A model generated the notes under the pieces. It was not told where the DNA came from, did not search any database, and saw nothing but the letters and a program-made list of their open reading frames with translations. Positions 48,932 through 62,779 of a stretch of DNA of 64,000 nucleotides are shown in pieces. The DNA is from Dicyema japonicum (lineage: Eukaryota; Animalia; Dicyemida). Positions within the stretch are counted from its first letter, which is position 1. Each line of letters opens with the position of its first letter. Where the stretch lies: assembly GCA_011109175.1 (NCBI GenBank), contig RDEW01000027.1, forward strand, positions 606,792-670,791, given 5' to 3'. Position numbers and translations under genes: made by a program.

Positions 48932-49559
48932 TATTGGTAACTTTATTCTCATTGAGTAGAGACTGGGGGATAAATATATTTTAAATTATTTTGAGTAAAT
49001 TATCACGTGTTTTACTGCGTAGTTGCCTATTTGGCCGGTTTAGGAATTTTTAGAGCTTTGGAATAGCTCTGGCGTAGGTTAATGTCCTCATCTCCTCAAT
49101 ATGGGTGTAACCTCAGTTTGCTCTTCGTTGACTTGGGAGACATGTGACCTTTGGGATACAAGGAAGCACCAGCTGAAGTTATGTCTCGGTTCGAATTTCG
49201 ACTGACCCGGAGTCAGGGACCTTGGAAAACGGAATTATGACTGTCATTATTTTCTAAGTGACCTCATGTAACTTGACTGGGTATTCCCCAGAGTCAGCAT
49301 GATCTCGTAAAGGACAGAGAAAGAGAATTAGCCATTAGGACAAATACTTAATTCTAGTTTTAATGTCAGAGTCCATATAACCACATAATGTTCGGGAAAT
49401 TTAATTTAATTGCATTTTGACAATATTCTGTTACCCATAGTTACCTTTGTTAGTAAGCCTTGTCAGGCTTAGTTCTTTATTTCTCTGTAATACGTTATTC
49501 TTAGCTAGCAGAATACTTTGTTGACTGAAGATAACGAGGGCTCCTATCTTGCAGCCATA

Positions 49560-50090
49560 GGGAGAAACACTGGAGAGTATGGTGGTTGAACATAAGCTAG
49601 AAATTAGGGATGAGTTCATTTCTGCTTCAAGTCAGCTACTGGAATTGGCGTGTAAGGAATCCGATTAGATGCATGCCAAGAGGGATGATTGATTCTTAAG
49701 TGAAGGAAACCGGTGCCTAGCAGGAAAGTAATTACCAAAAGCGGACCCTCCCTGAGATCCGTCAGGCAGACCTGAAAAAGAGAAGGGATTGCAAAAGGGG
49801 CGCCTGACGCTTCTTATTTCAAAATTCCTGGGTCTGTGGAAGGGGACAATACCAACCATGAGGTGAAGACAATAAGTCTACTAGAGCCAGATCAACAGCT
49901 CAACTCTCCGACCAACTAACAGCTATAATGAACTTGTCCTCGATATTGAGACAGTAGTGGTTGTGGTCTCGTCACAGACAAAACTGGTGAGTCTACCAAA
50001 CCTCGAACATGTGACATTGCTCAATTACACAAAATACCAGGTATTGGGTCGCTAGGATGTCATATCTAACAACGGTCCCGGGTTTGTTTC
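49560..50090 (-). mobile_element. Possible heavily decayed APE endonuclease remnant
   Basis: Only weak motifs (YDILATQ, NHPSW). Confidence 0.25.
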
Positions 50091-50269
50091 TTTCCACTGA
50101 ATAACTGGTCGAAGGCTTCTCTTCCTTTCTTCTTTATCTTAACTCCCCTCGATCTGCTAAAATGGCGTCAAGTGATCCACCTGTTTCAGGAGACACCTAG
50201 TATCAAGAAAAAATTAAAAGGGGGTCATTAGCTATCCCTTATTTCACTGATAATTTTGAAGGGTCTCTA

Positions 50270-50690
50270 CACAACTGGAAAGACTGAATGTTTATTGATT
50301 TTAGTCAAAATTTTTATTGATTTTTTTAATTTTCAGAGTTTTTAAATAATCACAGTTATGTTCAACCAGGAAGGTCATTGAAAAGGTTAAGACTGTTGTT
50401 AGAAAATATCCTGGCGAGTTTTCTAACAACTCACAAAATTTCTAACAACAGGTTCTCTTGAATCTTTTGTCCAAGAAACACATCAAACTAATAGGTCTAT
50501 CATTTTATTACTATTTTACAGGTGCCACTGTGATTTTCTCATTCCATCAACCCACTCTAAGATCAATGAGGTCACTGATGCTTACTCCAAAATAATTTTC
50601 TTTGCTAAAGTTGAACATTAAAGTTTACAAAACTTGTTTGCGGGTAATGAATGTCGATGTACTTCTGTGCAAAAGTTTTTTATTAGTTTT
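50270..50690 (+). repeat. Second copy of the unclassified repeat at 50-480
   Basis: See the 50-480 feature. Confidence 0.75.
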
Positions 50691-51479
50691 TTATATTTGT
50701 TTTTTTTATAGATAATTTATTCATACGTCAAAAATGGCCAAAATTTCGAAATTATAAAGTCAAAAAAATCGACATAGTTATGAAACCTTAGCTTCTGGGG
50801 ATATTTGGACGACCGTGTGTTTAACCACACCAAGATGGTCACGTGGTTCACCCAAATGGCTATTCTTAAGTCACATTGTCGGACTTTAAAGGCTGAATTC
50901 ATGAAAAAAGTGTGACATTTATTCGCAGTATTGTTCAAGACTGTTTAAATCAAAATGAGTTGTCGCATGGATTTAATAAGTTTCCATAGTATTCGTCGAC
51001 GTGATAACTAATTTGTCGTTGCCAGATGGAGAAGTCGATGGTCTCATGTCTTGCTACTCTTCAGGGGTAATTTCGGGAAAAACTAAGGACTGATAATTAA
51101 CAAATGAAGAAAATTATCAACCCTACTTTCGAGAAACATGTAGGAAACTGGCAACCATCAAAAGCAGGTCGCCTACAGAGATCCTCCACTTTCAAAGAGA
51201 TCCTGAACTGCTTTCCACATTGTGGGGTTGCAAGTGCAACTCTGACAACCCTCGGGTGCAGCAGTTCTGAACCGTAAATCTCAGAAGATCTGCGGTCCAG
51301 TATTTCGATGTCTTCAAGGGTACGTATGACACACGTGGAGACGAAGTAGTGTATCCTTTCAGTCCATGTTCAATTTTAGGAGTTTATTAAATGAAACCTC
51401 TCTCCCACAAAACAGCGATTTGTTTCTATTTTTTATTTATCGAACCAAAAAACCACCGTCATATCCAAAATAAACAAAA

Positions 51480-52040
51480 TTCAGGTGATCCCGGCCTCCC
51501 TTAGCAGTCTCCGCATCTTTTCTCGGTGTTAAGACTGCGTTCCTGCGCATTTCCGATATGGACGGGGTCCAAATACCAGAGTCATTCGGAGAGGCACTGC
51601 TCCAGTCGCCTTTATCATTTTTCTAGGTTTCTAGGAAGGATTTCCACTCGGGAATATTTCCTTAGTAGGTTTGCTGCCTTCACTTGAATGTTCCATATCT
51701 TGTCCAAATTCGTTGCAGAAAGGTTAGATCCCCAGATATTACATGCGTATTTTATTGTAGCCTCGATGAACTGTTTGTATATGACATCCAGACCACTCAG
51801 TTCTTTTATGTCTCTTAGGTTTCCCAAGAACACCTTCAGAAAATTGATTTTCATCGTACAAGCCAATAACATATTTTCAACATGTTTTGTAAAGGTTAAG
51901 AAAGTGTCCAAGGTGACTCCCAGGATTTTCTGGTATTTGTTTTGCGGGATAATCATCTCATCCAGTGTGACGTCAATTGATACCTTCCCTAGTCTTCTGT
52001 TTGTCGTGAATAGGGTAACACCGACTTCTCCGAGCTAGCA
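51480..52040 (-). mobile_element. Jockey/I-like RT C-terminal fragment
   Basis: KILGVTLDTFLTFTKHV and ATIKYACNIW..LDKIWNIQVKA. Confidence 0.75.
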
Positions 52041-52150
52041 GCCAATTGATTCCCAAAACCATAAACTTAATTTATGGTTTAAATTTTAATTATTTAATTT
52101 AAAAAATTATTTGATTTAATTTAAAAATAATTTTAATTAGAAAATTTTAA

Positions 52151-53267
52151 ATGGGTCGCGAACGCTTAAGCGATATCGAAAAGGTAAGAAAAATAGTGAA
52201 CATTAGATCAAGCCCAAAAAGTCACTTACAGTCTTCATAAACAAAAACAAACAAGTGGATAAGAACGTTCAGAGGTTTAACAATGAAGTCTAGAACTATT
52301 TAATTCGCAGTTCGAAGAGTTGTGGAATCTATTAAATTCCCTTTCAGTAGCAATCGAACTACTAAAGAACATGCATAAAGCAATTTTAACTGAAAATAAC
52401 AGTGGAAATGGTAATTTATTCAAATGAGTTCTTAGAACGGGCGAAATTGGTTAATCAAAAAAATGATATCAATAATTTATCAAGTAGAATTACTATCAGA
52501 TTAAAACGTTGATAGTATTATCCAATTAGATTTACATAACTCAGTCAATCAGGAACAAATTCTCAACCCAACTTCGGCACTATTTCGTATTAAAAATAGC
52601 CAGGTATTTAACTTCAACAACAAAGATGAATTATTTAATTTGAATTTATTTATTATTTAAAAAATATTTTTAATTTTAATATTAAATTAAGTTTAATGCA
52701 ATTAAAAAAAAGTTCAGCGGGCTCATGGAAAGCTACAATTTAACTCAAATTCAATATAAAACAAAATTACAGTCAGTCGTCCAGAAGCAGCTCCAAATGA
52801 GTTCAAATGTGCTTAATTTTAGTGGACAAGAATTTCACCAAAGAAGAAATCAGTGACATCGCAGAGGATGAAGCTAAAAAGCTATTTGTGATGGACATGT
52901 ATGTTGACCGGAAAAGAACTTCTCGTTAGAGTAGAAGAACGCCACAAGGAAATTTTGCACCTGGAGAAAGAAATAAAAAATTTAAATGATCTGATGACCT
53001 TGGCGCATCTTCACATCACAGAACAGGTTTTTAACGTTCATGAGTGTTAGGGGGAAGTATTGGATCACATTGTGTTTGTCATAGACCAAACGGTCGACTA
53101 CGCAGAATCTGCCAAACTTCATATTGAAAAGGCGATCTTTCATAGAAATGAGAGGAGAGTAGGAAATATATTTATTTTAGAGAAAAATATTGTGGATTTC
53201 TTCATTTTTAATTATTGTTGTATTTATTTGTATTATTATTTTAATAATAAAATTAAAGAATTTATAA
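52151..53267 (+). CDS. Qa-SNARE syntaxin (plasma-membrane syntaxin 1-4-like); Habc exons only partly resolved
   Basis: SNARE motif VEERHKEILHLEKEIKNLNDLMTLAHLHITEQ|GEVLDHI..VDYAESAK with layer-0 Q. After a 22-nt intron comes the TM anchor RKILWISSFLIIVVFICIIILIIKLKNL*. Confidence 0.85.
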
Positions 53268-53299
53268 TTTGTTTTATTATTTTACAAAAATATTCATGC

Positions 53300-56200
53300 A
53301 TTATCACTTTCCTATGATCTTCACCCTCGCTAGTATTGGCAACAATCATTTGTCTCCTAAGTTTTTTAAAGTCTTTAGTTTTGTACTGGACGAGATTCGA
53401 ATCCAGATCTTATGTGGATCCGACACTTCCTTGTTCAGAACTTTGGGTTTCCAACGTCTTTTGAGTCCGTCACCACTTCCATGATCACAAGAAGTCAAGG
53501 CTTTCATCTACCATGAAGCGAGTGGACATTGTGTGCAATAGAGGTAAGTCACCACTTTAATCGTCTGGTCACTTAACATATTCTGCATTAAAAGAAGTGG
53601 ATTCCAGTAATTTTTGTTGACGGGAGTTCGCAATTTCACAATCTCCCCCAAAATTCGAGGTAATTTATATAAGGGTGGAGTAGGAAATTATTAGCACGGT
53701 AAGCAATTCTCACAAAGTTCCCAGTAATTTCAAGAATTCTAAGCCTTCTATAGGAATTTTTTAAAAATTAAAAAATATATTTACTAAATGGTCAGATGCT
53801 AGATATGATGACGCTTCCCTATTGCATGAAATCCTCTGTATGGATGAATTCCCGGTTATTTTACTGTCGTTCGTGGCGCAATTAGCTGTGGATTCTCACA
53901 TCTTACCTATTTGGTCAAAGGATTCCTTCTACTCTTCACTTTTTCAATTCCTAAGAGCGTCATGAGATGAACCTGTTTTATTGAAGGATAAAAATTAGCG
54001 CTTCAGAATTGCACCCCAAAATCCGTCACGTAAAAACTTCCTATCTTGGTGGAAGAAAAGTCAAGATCCCTTCACTCCTCCGAACCACCAGGACTCGACA
54101 CGAAAGTGGAGGATTTCTATGAGCGACTAAAAAATCACTAAAACAAATATTTTCGCTATTTATGATTGTAACTGCTCTAACAAAAATTAAAGCAAGCTAA
54201 AGTCCTTAGTAAAACTAATCAAATTTATCACCTTCCTTGCAGCCATTCCATACACGAATAGTCAAATCCTCCGATGAACTAATGTACTACAGAATCAGTC
54301 AACTCACTCACCTGGTTTTTTTCTGGAATGTACTCAATTGATTTGATCACGTTTCTATGTCCTTTATAAGACTTCACGATGTAGCACGTGTCTGAATCCC
54401 ACACTCTGATCATAGAATTTGACTGTACTTTATGACATTTCCGATTGAGGCGACTATAAAGCCTTCGAACGTGTCAATGCACAAGGTTGTGATTGGAGTA
54501 TTATTCGACAGAACTTCCAGACAAATTTCCCGCTTCTAAATTTTGCTAAGATCCTCTATGCTAGTTACCCAGATGCGAATTGTCCCATCTTCCGAAGCTG
54601 TGACCCAACAGCCATTTTTAGGATTCCACTTCACTTTGGTCACCAAACGAGCATGGCCTCTTAGGCCGTACAAATGTCTCAGTTTGATCACAGAGTTCAC
54701 GACGACAATCTGATTTACCACAACGCCGATCGTGGAGGAGCAAGCAAGTTCGTTATTGCTGGAGATTACACCATTTTTACTCGTTACTGGAAATGTCAGT
54801 TAAAAATAACTCGTTGACTAAACTTTTGATTTTGTTTATTTTTATCAAGTTTTTGGCTTGATTCTCGACAAGTACGCTTCTACGCTTTAGTAAAATCCTC
54901 ACTTGGCGGTTTTCAAATCCCAAATAATGATCCGGACGTCCCAACTGCAGCTAATCTAGAAAATTTAAAAATCATAAACTTCCCAAACATACTAATACTG
55001 GGAGGGAAAGAACCTACACTACAGGTGCTTGGCCACGTCATAACAATTAAGGGAGGACGCTGCGCATGCTCCTTCAAGATCACGGCATAGCGAAAGTCCA
55101 TTAGCGGCATAGACCTTGGTGATCTGAGGACGCGGTTGGTGAAGGGGGTAATAATATGCCTATATGGGGGTTACTAATGCGGTAAGTAATTTTCGACAAA
55201 ATAGCGGTTTCTTACCAAATAAACGATTTCGTTGATTTCTGTGAGACAAAAGCCGCTTATGAAGAGGGAGTGGGCGTTCAGGACAAATTGCTTACTCAAA
55301 CCCACCAAATGCTTGATAAAAGTTAAGTCCTGATAATTATAAACAGCCAAACCGACTTGTGCAGTTTCTCGCTGTTCTTCAATTCGTTTTCAGTTTCTGA
55401 TATGAGCACGTTGAATTTAGCTGTCGACTCGTCCTCGTCGAAAGCTTCAGACAGCATTTTGAGTGCCTCAGCGTCGTACCCCAGGCATTCTCGGGTAAAT
55501 CATAGAGTACCAACTGATCAGGCCATCTGCCCGCCCAATTGCGAGAATGTCGTATTTATCAACGTAAATTATCGAGGTTATCGACTTTGAAGGAACTTTA
55601 GACGGCTAAATTTGGCGAAATTATTACTATTTTTAGCGCTTTATCCCACATTTTTGAAGCCTTCTTCTGCTAGAAATATTGCTCGTCGTCCTTAAAGCTG
55701 GAGTAGACTACTTCCTCGTTTCTGGGGGTAACGGTTGAATCTTACACGTATGAAAACGAGTTGAGCAACTTTTGTTCCCACTTGGTTATCTTCCCTGAGT
55801 CATCCCCTCCGTAGATTACATTTGTGAATCCCGAGTCTTTGAACTAACTTATATTATAACTGTAGGTCAGGACATCCACCGGAAAGGGACATGGGAGGAT
55901 GGTAATGGAGGTCGAACTCTCGTATTTCCAAATAATAATGTGACGGTCGCTTGATGTGGCTAAGCTTTGAGGCATAATTTACTGAAGATAATGCTGAGCT
56001 CAGGAATAAAGCGGCAAAGCTGCAAATAGTACCGGGGGACAAAATTAACGTCAATGTCGATCAGGGAGTTGATTACCTGTCCACTAAAGTGAAAACTTAC
56101 GGCTTCTCCCGTCTTCAACTCGAATATCCCGGGATAAGCAGATCCCTTTAGAATCCACAAATCTTTTAATTTGGGAGAGTAGCCAATGCCAGTGATAGGA

Positions 56201-57072
56201 TACAGAAAGGTGGACAGTCTGTGAATCAGCTTTCCGTCATTCGTCCAAATTTTGACCATTTTGTCGAACGACCCGGTAATAATCCTTGAATGACATCTGA
56301 GTAAACCAATTGAATATTTCATTTTCTTTTTCGACCAACAATGAAGTGATCCCTTCCTCGTGGGCGCGAGTTACCCTAACTTGGAACCCACAGTTTACTT
56401 CCTGAAGAGCTGAATTGAGGTGATGTCGATTAGATCGTATTCATAGATGAGAATATTCTGGTTGTACCTAAAAATGACAAAATTGAGTGACCCAGCAGTG
56501 TAAATTCAATTTTCGAACAGAACAATGCATGACACGATGTCTTCGTGCTCGAAGGCGATGAAAGTGGGGATTTAATCGATCAGTTCTTCATTTTTAGCTT
56601 GCTTGAGTGGCAACTCCTTACTTGTTAGTCGGTAGAGTCGGATTGCATTCTTGGTCCCCACGAATAAGTTCTCTTTGGTTTGGTCCACACAAATCGAATA
56701 AACCGGAGTTTTCAACTGACAAGTAAATATTTACGATTGACATTGATAATCTGGGAGTAGTCGGAGTTATAGAACCAACAACCAATGAATCCATCCAAGG
56801 AGGCTGAAAATAAGAGTTTTTCCGAATTCCTTGATTTTAATGAATAGTCTTACCAAACGGCAAAGCAAGTTACCCGTCCTTGATGAACGTTATTGTTTAT
56901 TTTCGAATACTTTCCAGTGTCGATTTCCATGTTTTGAATTGACCCGTCTATTTGGAGTTAGTTTAGTGAAAGAACCCTCATATCCGATCCATTGTTCTCT
57001 CCAGAATGTAAAATGTCCCAATGCTGAGGTTTTTCTGCTGTATTATTCCTTCATCTTCATGTACACTTCCAT
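53300..57072 (-). CDS. Large WD40-repeat protein with a central coiled coil; ortholog not identified, 3' end uncertain
   Basis: HQGRVTCFAVW..LFSASLDG, IITGSFDKMVKIW and GHARLVTKVKW..WVTASEDGTIRIW; many short introns. Confidence 0.75.
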
Positions 57073-57339
57073 TAGGAAACAGTGAAATATTTAAATTGTC
57101 TTTAAGCATTTTTAAATGTTTGTAGATGTGTTAATTAAAATAAATAAAATATTTTTAATTTAAATACTCATATCTGTTAATTGATATATTAATAAAATAA
57201 ATATATTTTGTTAATAATATTCGAAAAATTGATTTAAAAAATTAAAAAAATGTGTCACGTCTCATCAATATTTTTGTGGTGTTACACATCAGATGTGAAA
57301 AAGAGCAATAAAACTCATATCCATTAACCGTTCAGACGT

Positions 57340-57650
57340 CATGGCGTCGTATTTTTTCTTTTTTTCAAGGACATCAACCCTAATCCCGAACCGGCCATGA
57401 CTATCTCCCAAATTATTATAAATGGGATTTTTACTGAAATTACTGTACTACGCGTAAACAGAGAGACATTTTATTTATCTTCTGTGGAGTAATTATCCCA
57501 AATTTGTTTTACTAATGTGAAGGACGGTTTTTCTCTAAAAAGAAAGACAAAATTATATCCCTACTAGAAGGGACAAGGAGGCAGCCATCAAGTCGGCTTT
57601 GGCAAGCAAACTAATGGATGAACTATCAGAGGAGGAAGATATCTTCTAAC
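57340..57650 (+). CDS. Possible small spliced gene ending RRDKEAAIKSALASKLMDELSEEEDIF*
   Basis: Coding-like last exon and short intron-like segments, divergent from the WD40 gene; full frame not resolved. Confidence 0.3.
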
Positions 57651-57779
57651 AACAATCAAGGTGTGGTCGAGAAGAGGATAGAGGTCATCATAATGAGAAA
57701 CAAAGTCCGAAACTCATACATTCAGATGAAGCTTAACTAAAGTGAAGAGGGAAACAGGCGAAACTTCCAAGCCTTTCAG

Positions 57780-57970
57780 ATACGTCTCCTCTTTCCGAGT
57801 GACAATACTCAACATATACATTCTCCCTTAATCTTCTTGTCCTAGTGCCTATCGTCCCTAACTGGGTCATCTCATCCGAATGGAAAAACCCTTAATCTGT
57901 GGTGACCCGAATGCGAAGAACCCCAACTGGTATACGAAACAACAACCGAACCGAAGAGGCTTACTCTGAT
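57780..57970 (+). mobile_element. APE remnant related to 40200-40390
   Basis: NPLICGDPNAKNPNW versus NALICGDLNARHPVW. Confidence 0.5.
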
Positions 57971-58009
57971 AAGTTATCTTATTAGTAATAAGATTCTGAA
58001 TACACGTTG

Positions 58010-58312
58010 GAGGCTTTTCGGACATATTTTGCGACTGGACCTAGATGCCCCCGCGGACGTAGCAATGGAGGATTACCTCATGTTGGAGGCCTCCCGTTTC
58101 CGTGGTCGCACAAGGACGATACTGGCAGTCGTTCTCGACGAGAACCTCAAAGAAATGGGACGGCATCTTGGAAGTGGAGAGGATCTTGACTGGTTGCGCA
58201 TAGAGGCTTGGAATAGGAGGAAGTGGATTAAACTAACCAGTGATTTGCTTACACGTGTTGCATATGCTTTGTCAAGTCCTATGACATAGCGATAAGTGCT
58301 AATAATAATAAT
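58010..58312 (+). mobile_element. RTE-like 3' end
   Basis: LFGHILRLDLDAPADVAM..GRTRT..NRRKW and a gtgc(taa)n tail. Confidence 0.8.
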
Positions 58313-59029
58313 TTTTGAATGTCGTTCATATGCTATTTTAGTGAATAATTGACAAAATCGATACCATTGATATTCTATCATAGAATTTTAAGTTATGGAT
58401 TTTTATCAATTTCTCAGAAAAACGTCAAGGGATGTGTGCGTGTGATTTGACATGACCACACTGTAGGGGACGCAATAGGAAAAAGGAAGAAAGTCTTTTG
58501 TGGTTATGTATTGCAGAAAATCTGCACTTAACGAAAGGGGTGACAACATTAAAAGAACGACGTAAATATTCTTACTCTATATATTTAGGGATCATCATGC
58601 ACTACTGCATGGAATCCCCTACATCTATAATCCCACACAGTTGATATGATCTCAGGTCGACTAAACATTTTAATAGTAACCTGCATATTTGTCGAACTTT
58701 TTTCAGAAGTGATTCTCAAATTCTTATTATTTACCTTTTTTGAAATAATTGCACTAGAAAATTCGATATGTGTATATCAAGGACACTCTTTTGAAGGAAC
58801 TTTGAGCAAAGTTGCTTGAATATAAATAGAATATTCCTATCCACAATCAACTGTCTAAAAACCCTTTTTCAAATTTAGCGATAATGTCTCCCCCATCTCA
58901 TCTTATAAAAAATAACGTGGAGTTTAATATATTATTTGCAATTCGCATACTTCTTACCAATCCCCACAGTCTTCAAATGCTCATGGAAGTAATATCCACC
59001 ATATTACGCACCCTGATAACTTGTAAAAT

Positions 59030-59850
59030 AGTGTCCGGTCACAAACAATAATAAGTCCTTTGAATTGTGGTTCATACAGCCACTTTGCCGATTATGGAAA
59101 ATGTCCCAAGGCTGTTGAAGTTAACATAGCGAAAAAAAACAAAATTGAATGGACAATTATCTCTAAAACGAGAAAATGCCCATAATGGAGAAAGTGAAGT
59201 TTCCAAAATTGGAACGAATAAGAAATTAAAATTGGCTGGAATAGAACATATAATAAGAAACCTTATAAAAAAGAAACAGTAGAAGCTTCAATACAGAGAA
59301 GAGAGTGACGCTCTTAAGAAGAGAGGGCAGCCACCGAAAAAACCAGAAGTAGTAGGATAACCCTGATTAATGCCCGTTCTCTTCGGAAACGGGCCTCAGT
59401 GCTGGTTGCTATAGCCAGCACGATCCAGATGGAAGTTATAATTATAAACGAATCTAAATTGAAGAAAAGACCATTTAAAATTGATGGATACGACTCATTA
59501 GATTTTTTTGGAAGACTAGTTCTTGTGCTGGAACAGGAACTTCAATTTACTACAAAACTTCTTTAAATACAAGACTACCCACGATCAATGAAGAAAATCT
59601 TTGTGAACTAGCAAGCATTCAACTACAAACAACCATGGGATGGATAATTATCGGAGGAATCTATTCTAAAAAACTACGAGAGTATCCATGGATTGTTGAC
59701 AAATTTATGGAAAACAATGAATATCCAATCCTTGTTGGGGACATGAACGCTAAACATACTGACTATGGTTGTGTAACAACCAATCAAGACGGAAAATGCC
59801 TTGTAAAATGGATGAAGTCTGGAAAGTTAAAGTTTTTAACTTCAGTCTAA
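59030..59850 (+). mobile_element. Second, internally deleted copy of the 2950-5911 LINE (ORF1 end plus APE)
   Basis: Near-identical to the reverse complement of ~4250-5320, including YSKKLREYPWIVDKFMENN(K/E)YPILVGDMNAKHTDYGC. Confidence 0.92.
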
Positions 59851-61529
59851 ATTATGCAATTAAACTCGCACATGGATTGGATTTAGCATCTGAAATTGAT
59901 GACGAATACGAAAGAAAAACGAGAAGAATCGGTGATTTATTACATTGCTTGTGGAAACTCGCATTGTAATTGGGGCTTTTTACGAAGAAGAGACATACGG
60001 TGTCTCATGAGAGTGCCCCGATATAGACGACCCCAAATCTTGGCTTTCCTCTTTAGTTAGTGGCTCTTACCTTGTTTAGTTAGTTGGGGTTTTGCGAATA
60101 AATTATGTTATCTGTTAAGCGACAATTTTTCAACTTTTGCCTTTGTTACGTTTTTAATTCTTTTGTAATGTTGCAATTGGTTTATTCTTTTGGCTATAAT
60201 GGAAATACATTGTGATTCCCTTAGTTTCATTAATGACTCCTGTAACCATATGTTTTGGACTGATAAGTTTGACTTATCAGCCCGGACACGAAGATGGCCC
60301 TGTGTTCTCATACTATACAACTTTTATTAACCCCGGGATCAACGATAAGGAAAAACAAAAGTAATCACTAGTTAGGTGATCCCAGTTTCCAAAACCAATC
60401 GTGCCATTCGAAGCCTATGCGTCTCCATTGTTTTCACTGTCGAACGGAAATACCTTTTTTGATCTTTGCTGAGGAAGCCGATTGGGGACGGAAATTTCTT
60501 AGCCAACCGATTTTCTTTTGCGTGGACCAGTGAGAGGCTTAGTGAGTATTAAATGATTTGAGTGAACGGAACAACCTGGAGTTAATTATTCAAAAGAACT
60601 TCTCAAAGATCATCTTTCTGAGGACTTCCCCGCTGAAATACATTACGAGCTACACTTTAGTTACGATTTGGAAAATCCGGGTTCGTGTAAGACGGACCTT
60701 CAATGGGGTGCTGTAGCTCGTAGCGTAGATGTTGTACGAATTTCATTCTCAAATTGAACTTGGTGTGATTCAAGCTGTCGCTGTGTACCTGTAAGTTTGT
60801 GGAGAAAGATCCAGTTCAGTTTGGTGTTATTTTGGAGTATTTGATACGGTTACCCCAATTGGTGTTCTAGAAAGAGGGTATGGTTGGTTTTTATCAATTT
60901 TGTGCTTCGTTTTACTGTGTTCTTTATGGTTATGGAAGATAAACGTCCTCGTCTTAAAGGAGTGTTTTGATCAGTTTCAGAGTCTTTCAAAAATAGTTGC
61001 ATAAACCATTCTTATCAAAATATTTTATTATATGGCCCATTTTGGTTTATATTACTGTATTCCAGTAAAATGAAAATGTTCCTTATAGAGTCAATACTCC
61101 TATCATCGTTCTCAGCTGTTTGAACATATTCCTCTTTATTATGAGAGTAATCGTGTGTGAGTAAATCTAGTAGTTAAAGTCCTTATATGATTAATTAGGA
61201 TATTGCTTACGTCGTTCGGCATAAATCTGAGGAAAACCGTCTGTTTTTTTATACCTATCAAAGTCGATTCCGTCTCTCATTGTTTTTTGAAATGAAATTA
61301 TTCTTTCAGAGACAAGAGTATAGCTGTGTGATTCAGTTCCCAACCAGGATATTAATTAAATCATAATAAATTTGAATTAATTAACACCAATTTTTATACC
61401 TGAAAAAAACCGATCAAGTTAGTAAAATGTTAGTATTTTTAACTCCGCAAGTTCCAAGTACATTGTACTTGTCCTTAATGGCACTGCAGTCTGAAATAAC
61501 AATATTAATTACGTGATTCACATGTCGGC

Positions 61530-61535
61530 NNNNNN
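61530..61535. other. Assembly gap (N run)
   Basis: Six N bases; the sequence on the two sides looks unrelated. Confidence 0.95.
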
Positions 61536-62085
61536 AAACATCTCAATGTGTTCGGTTATTTCCATAAATGGAAATGAGCATAATATGATATTGGAGGGGT
61601 CTTTTAATCGGGAATCATTTTTAACCTTTCTAAATCAATGTGATGAAAAGGGGATATTTACAAATTCTCCTGTTGTTGTGATGGATAATGTTAGATTTCA
61701 TCATTGTGATGAAATTAAAGACTTCTTTATTAGGAAAAGTGTTACAACAGTTTATTTACCCCCTTATTCACCTGACCTGAACCCAATTGAAAACTTTTTT
61801 TCTTGTGTGAAATCTCGTCTAAATGTAATTAGACCAAAAGCAACTGTAAGAGGAGAATTGCTAACAAATATCGAATTTGTTATGAGTGGTCTCGAAACCG
61901 AGGATTTGTCCTCATATTACAACAGTTTTTGGGAAAGGGTAAATGGAATTAATAACAGATTAATTGAATAAAATACTTTTTTCCTAAATTATTTATTAGT
62001 ATAATATATATAACTTGGACATCATTTATGGGAATTGGGTCAACATTTATGGGAATTGGGTCAACATTTATGGGATTGAGTGTAT
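61536..62085 (+). mobile_element. IS630/Tc1-family transposase 3' half with right end
   Basis: VVMDNVRFHH and YLPPYSPDLNPIENFFS. Three tandem catttatggga(a)ttg subterminal repeats end in ..gagtgta; the left end was not found. Confidence 0.88.
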
Positions 62086-62109
62086 GTAGAGATTGAAGAG
62101 TTGGGGTGA

Positions 62110-62202
62110 TAGTGAAGCAGATTGTGAAACGTGTGGCACAAACGGGACCTTAGTTAATATAACGTTCTTTGGTTCTGTGAAAGTGCTTTTTAATAATAAT
62201 AA
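62110..62202 (+). mobile_element. RTE 3' terminus, near-identical to 31815-31900
   Basis: acgtgtggcacaaacggga..tagttaatataacgttctttggttctgtgaaagtgctttttaataataat. Confidence 0.85.
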
Positions 62203-62779
62203 TTTTGTGGAGCATGTTTGTTTCTCAGAATGAGTTAGAAACATTGTCAGAGGACCTATCTAGGAATGGATATGAAAGAAAAACTAACACTAACGTAGAC
62301 ATGGTGGTCCAAGGAGTGCTTCCAGAACAGGAAATTTCGCACGATAATACAATCACGTCTTTACGGGCGAATCGGTTGACCGAGATGACAAAGCTGAATG
62401 GATCGCACAAGTAGTCGAGATTTGGAAGGATGCCTCGGGGTGGGTGGCCGAAAATCGCAGGTATCTTCGATACACGGTTTGGTATCACCAAATCTGTGGC
62501 AAATGTAAAATTACTTCTCAAATCTGATGTAGAGAATACTACGTGTCACCAAGGAGGAAATCGGCAGAGCGCCGAAAAGTCGGAGATTGTCTGTTTCACT
62601 AAATGCTTGGAAGAGTTTTCATGCCAGATTCAAGAGATCAAGTCGATTTCCAGAGATGAACAAAAATCAACCAGGAAAATTCCATATCGGTTTCTCAAAA
62701 AGGAAATATTATTCGGATTGAATTATGCTGTGGGATACTATATCAATAGTATGCCCTCAAATATAATGGAAGATATTAC

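Noticed and set aside
61200-61530. HVNHVINIVISD resembling the hAT CxxHxLNL motif
   Set aside because: One weak motif beside an assembly gap with no other support.
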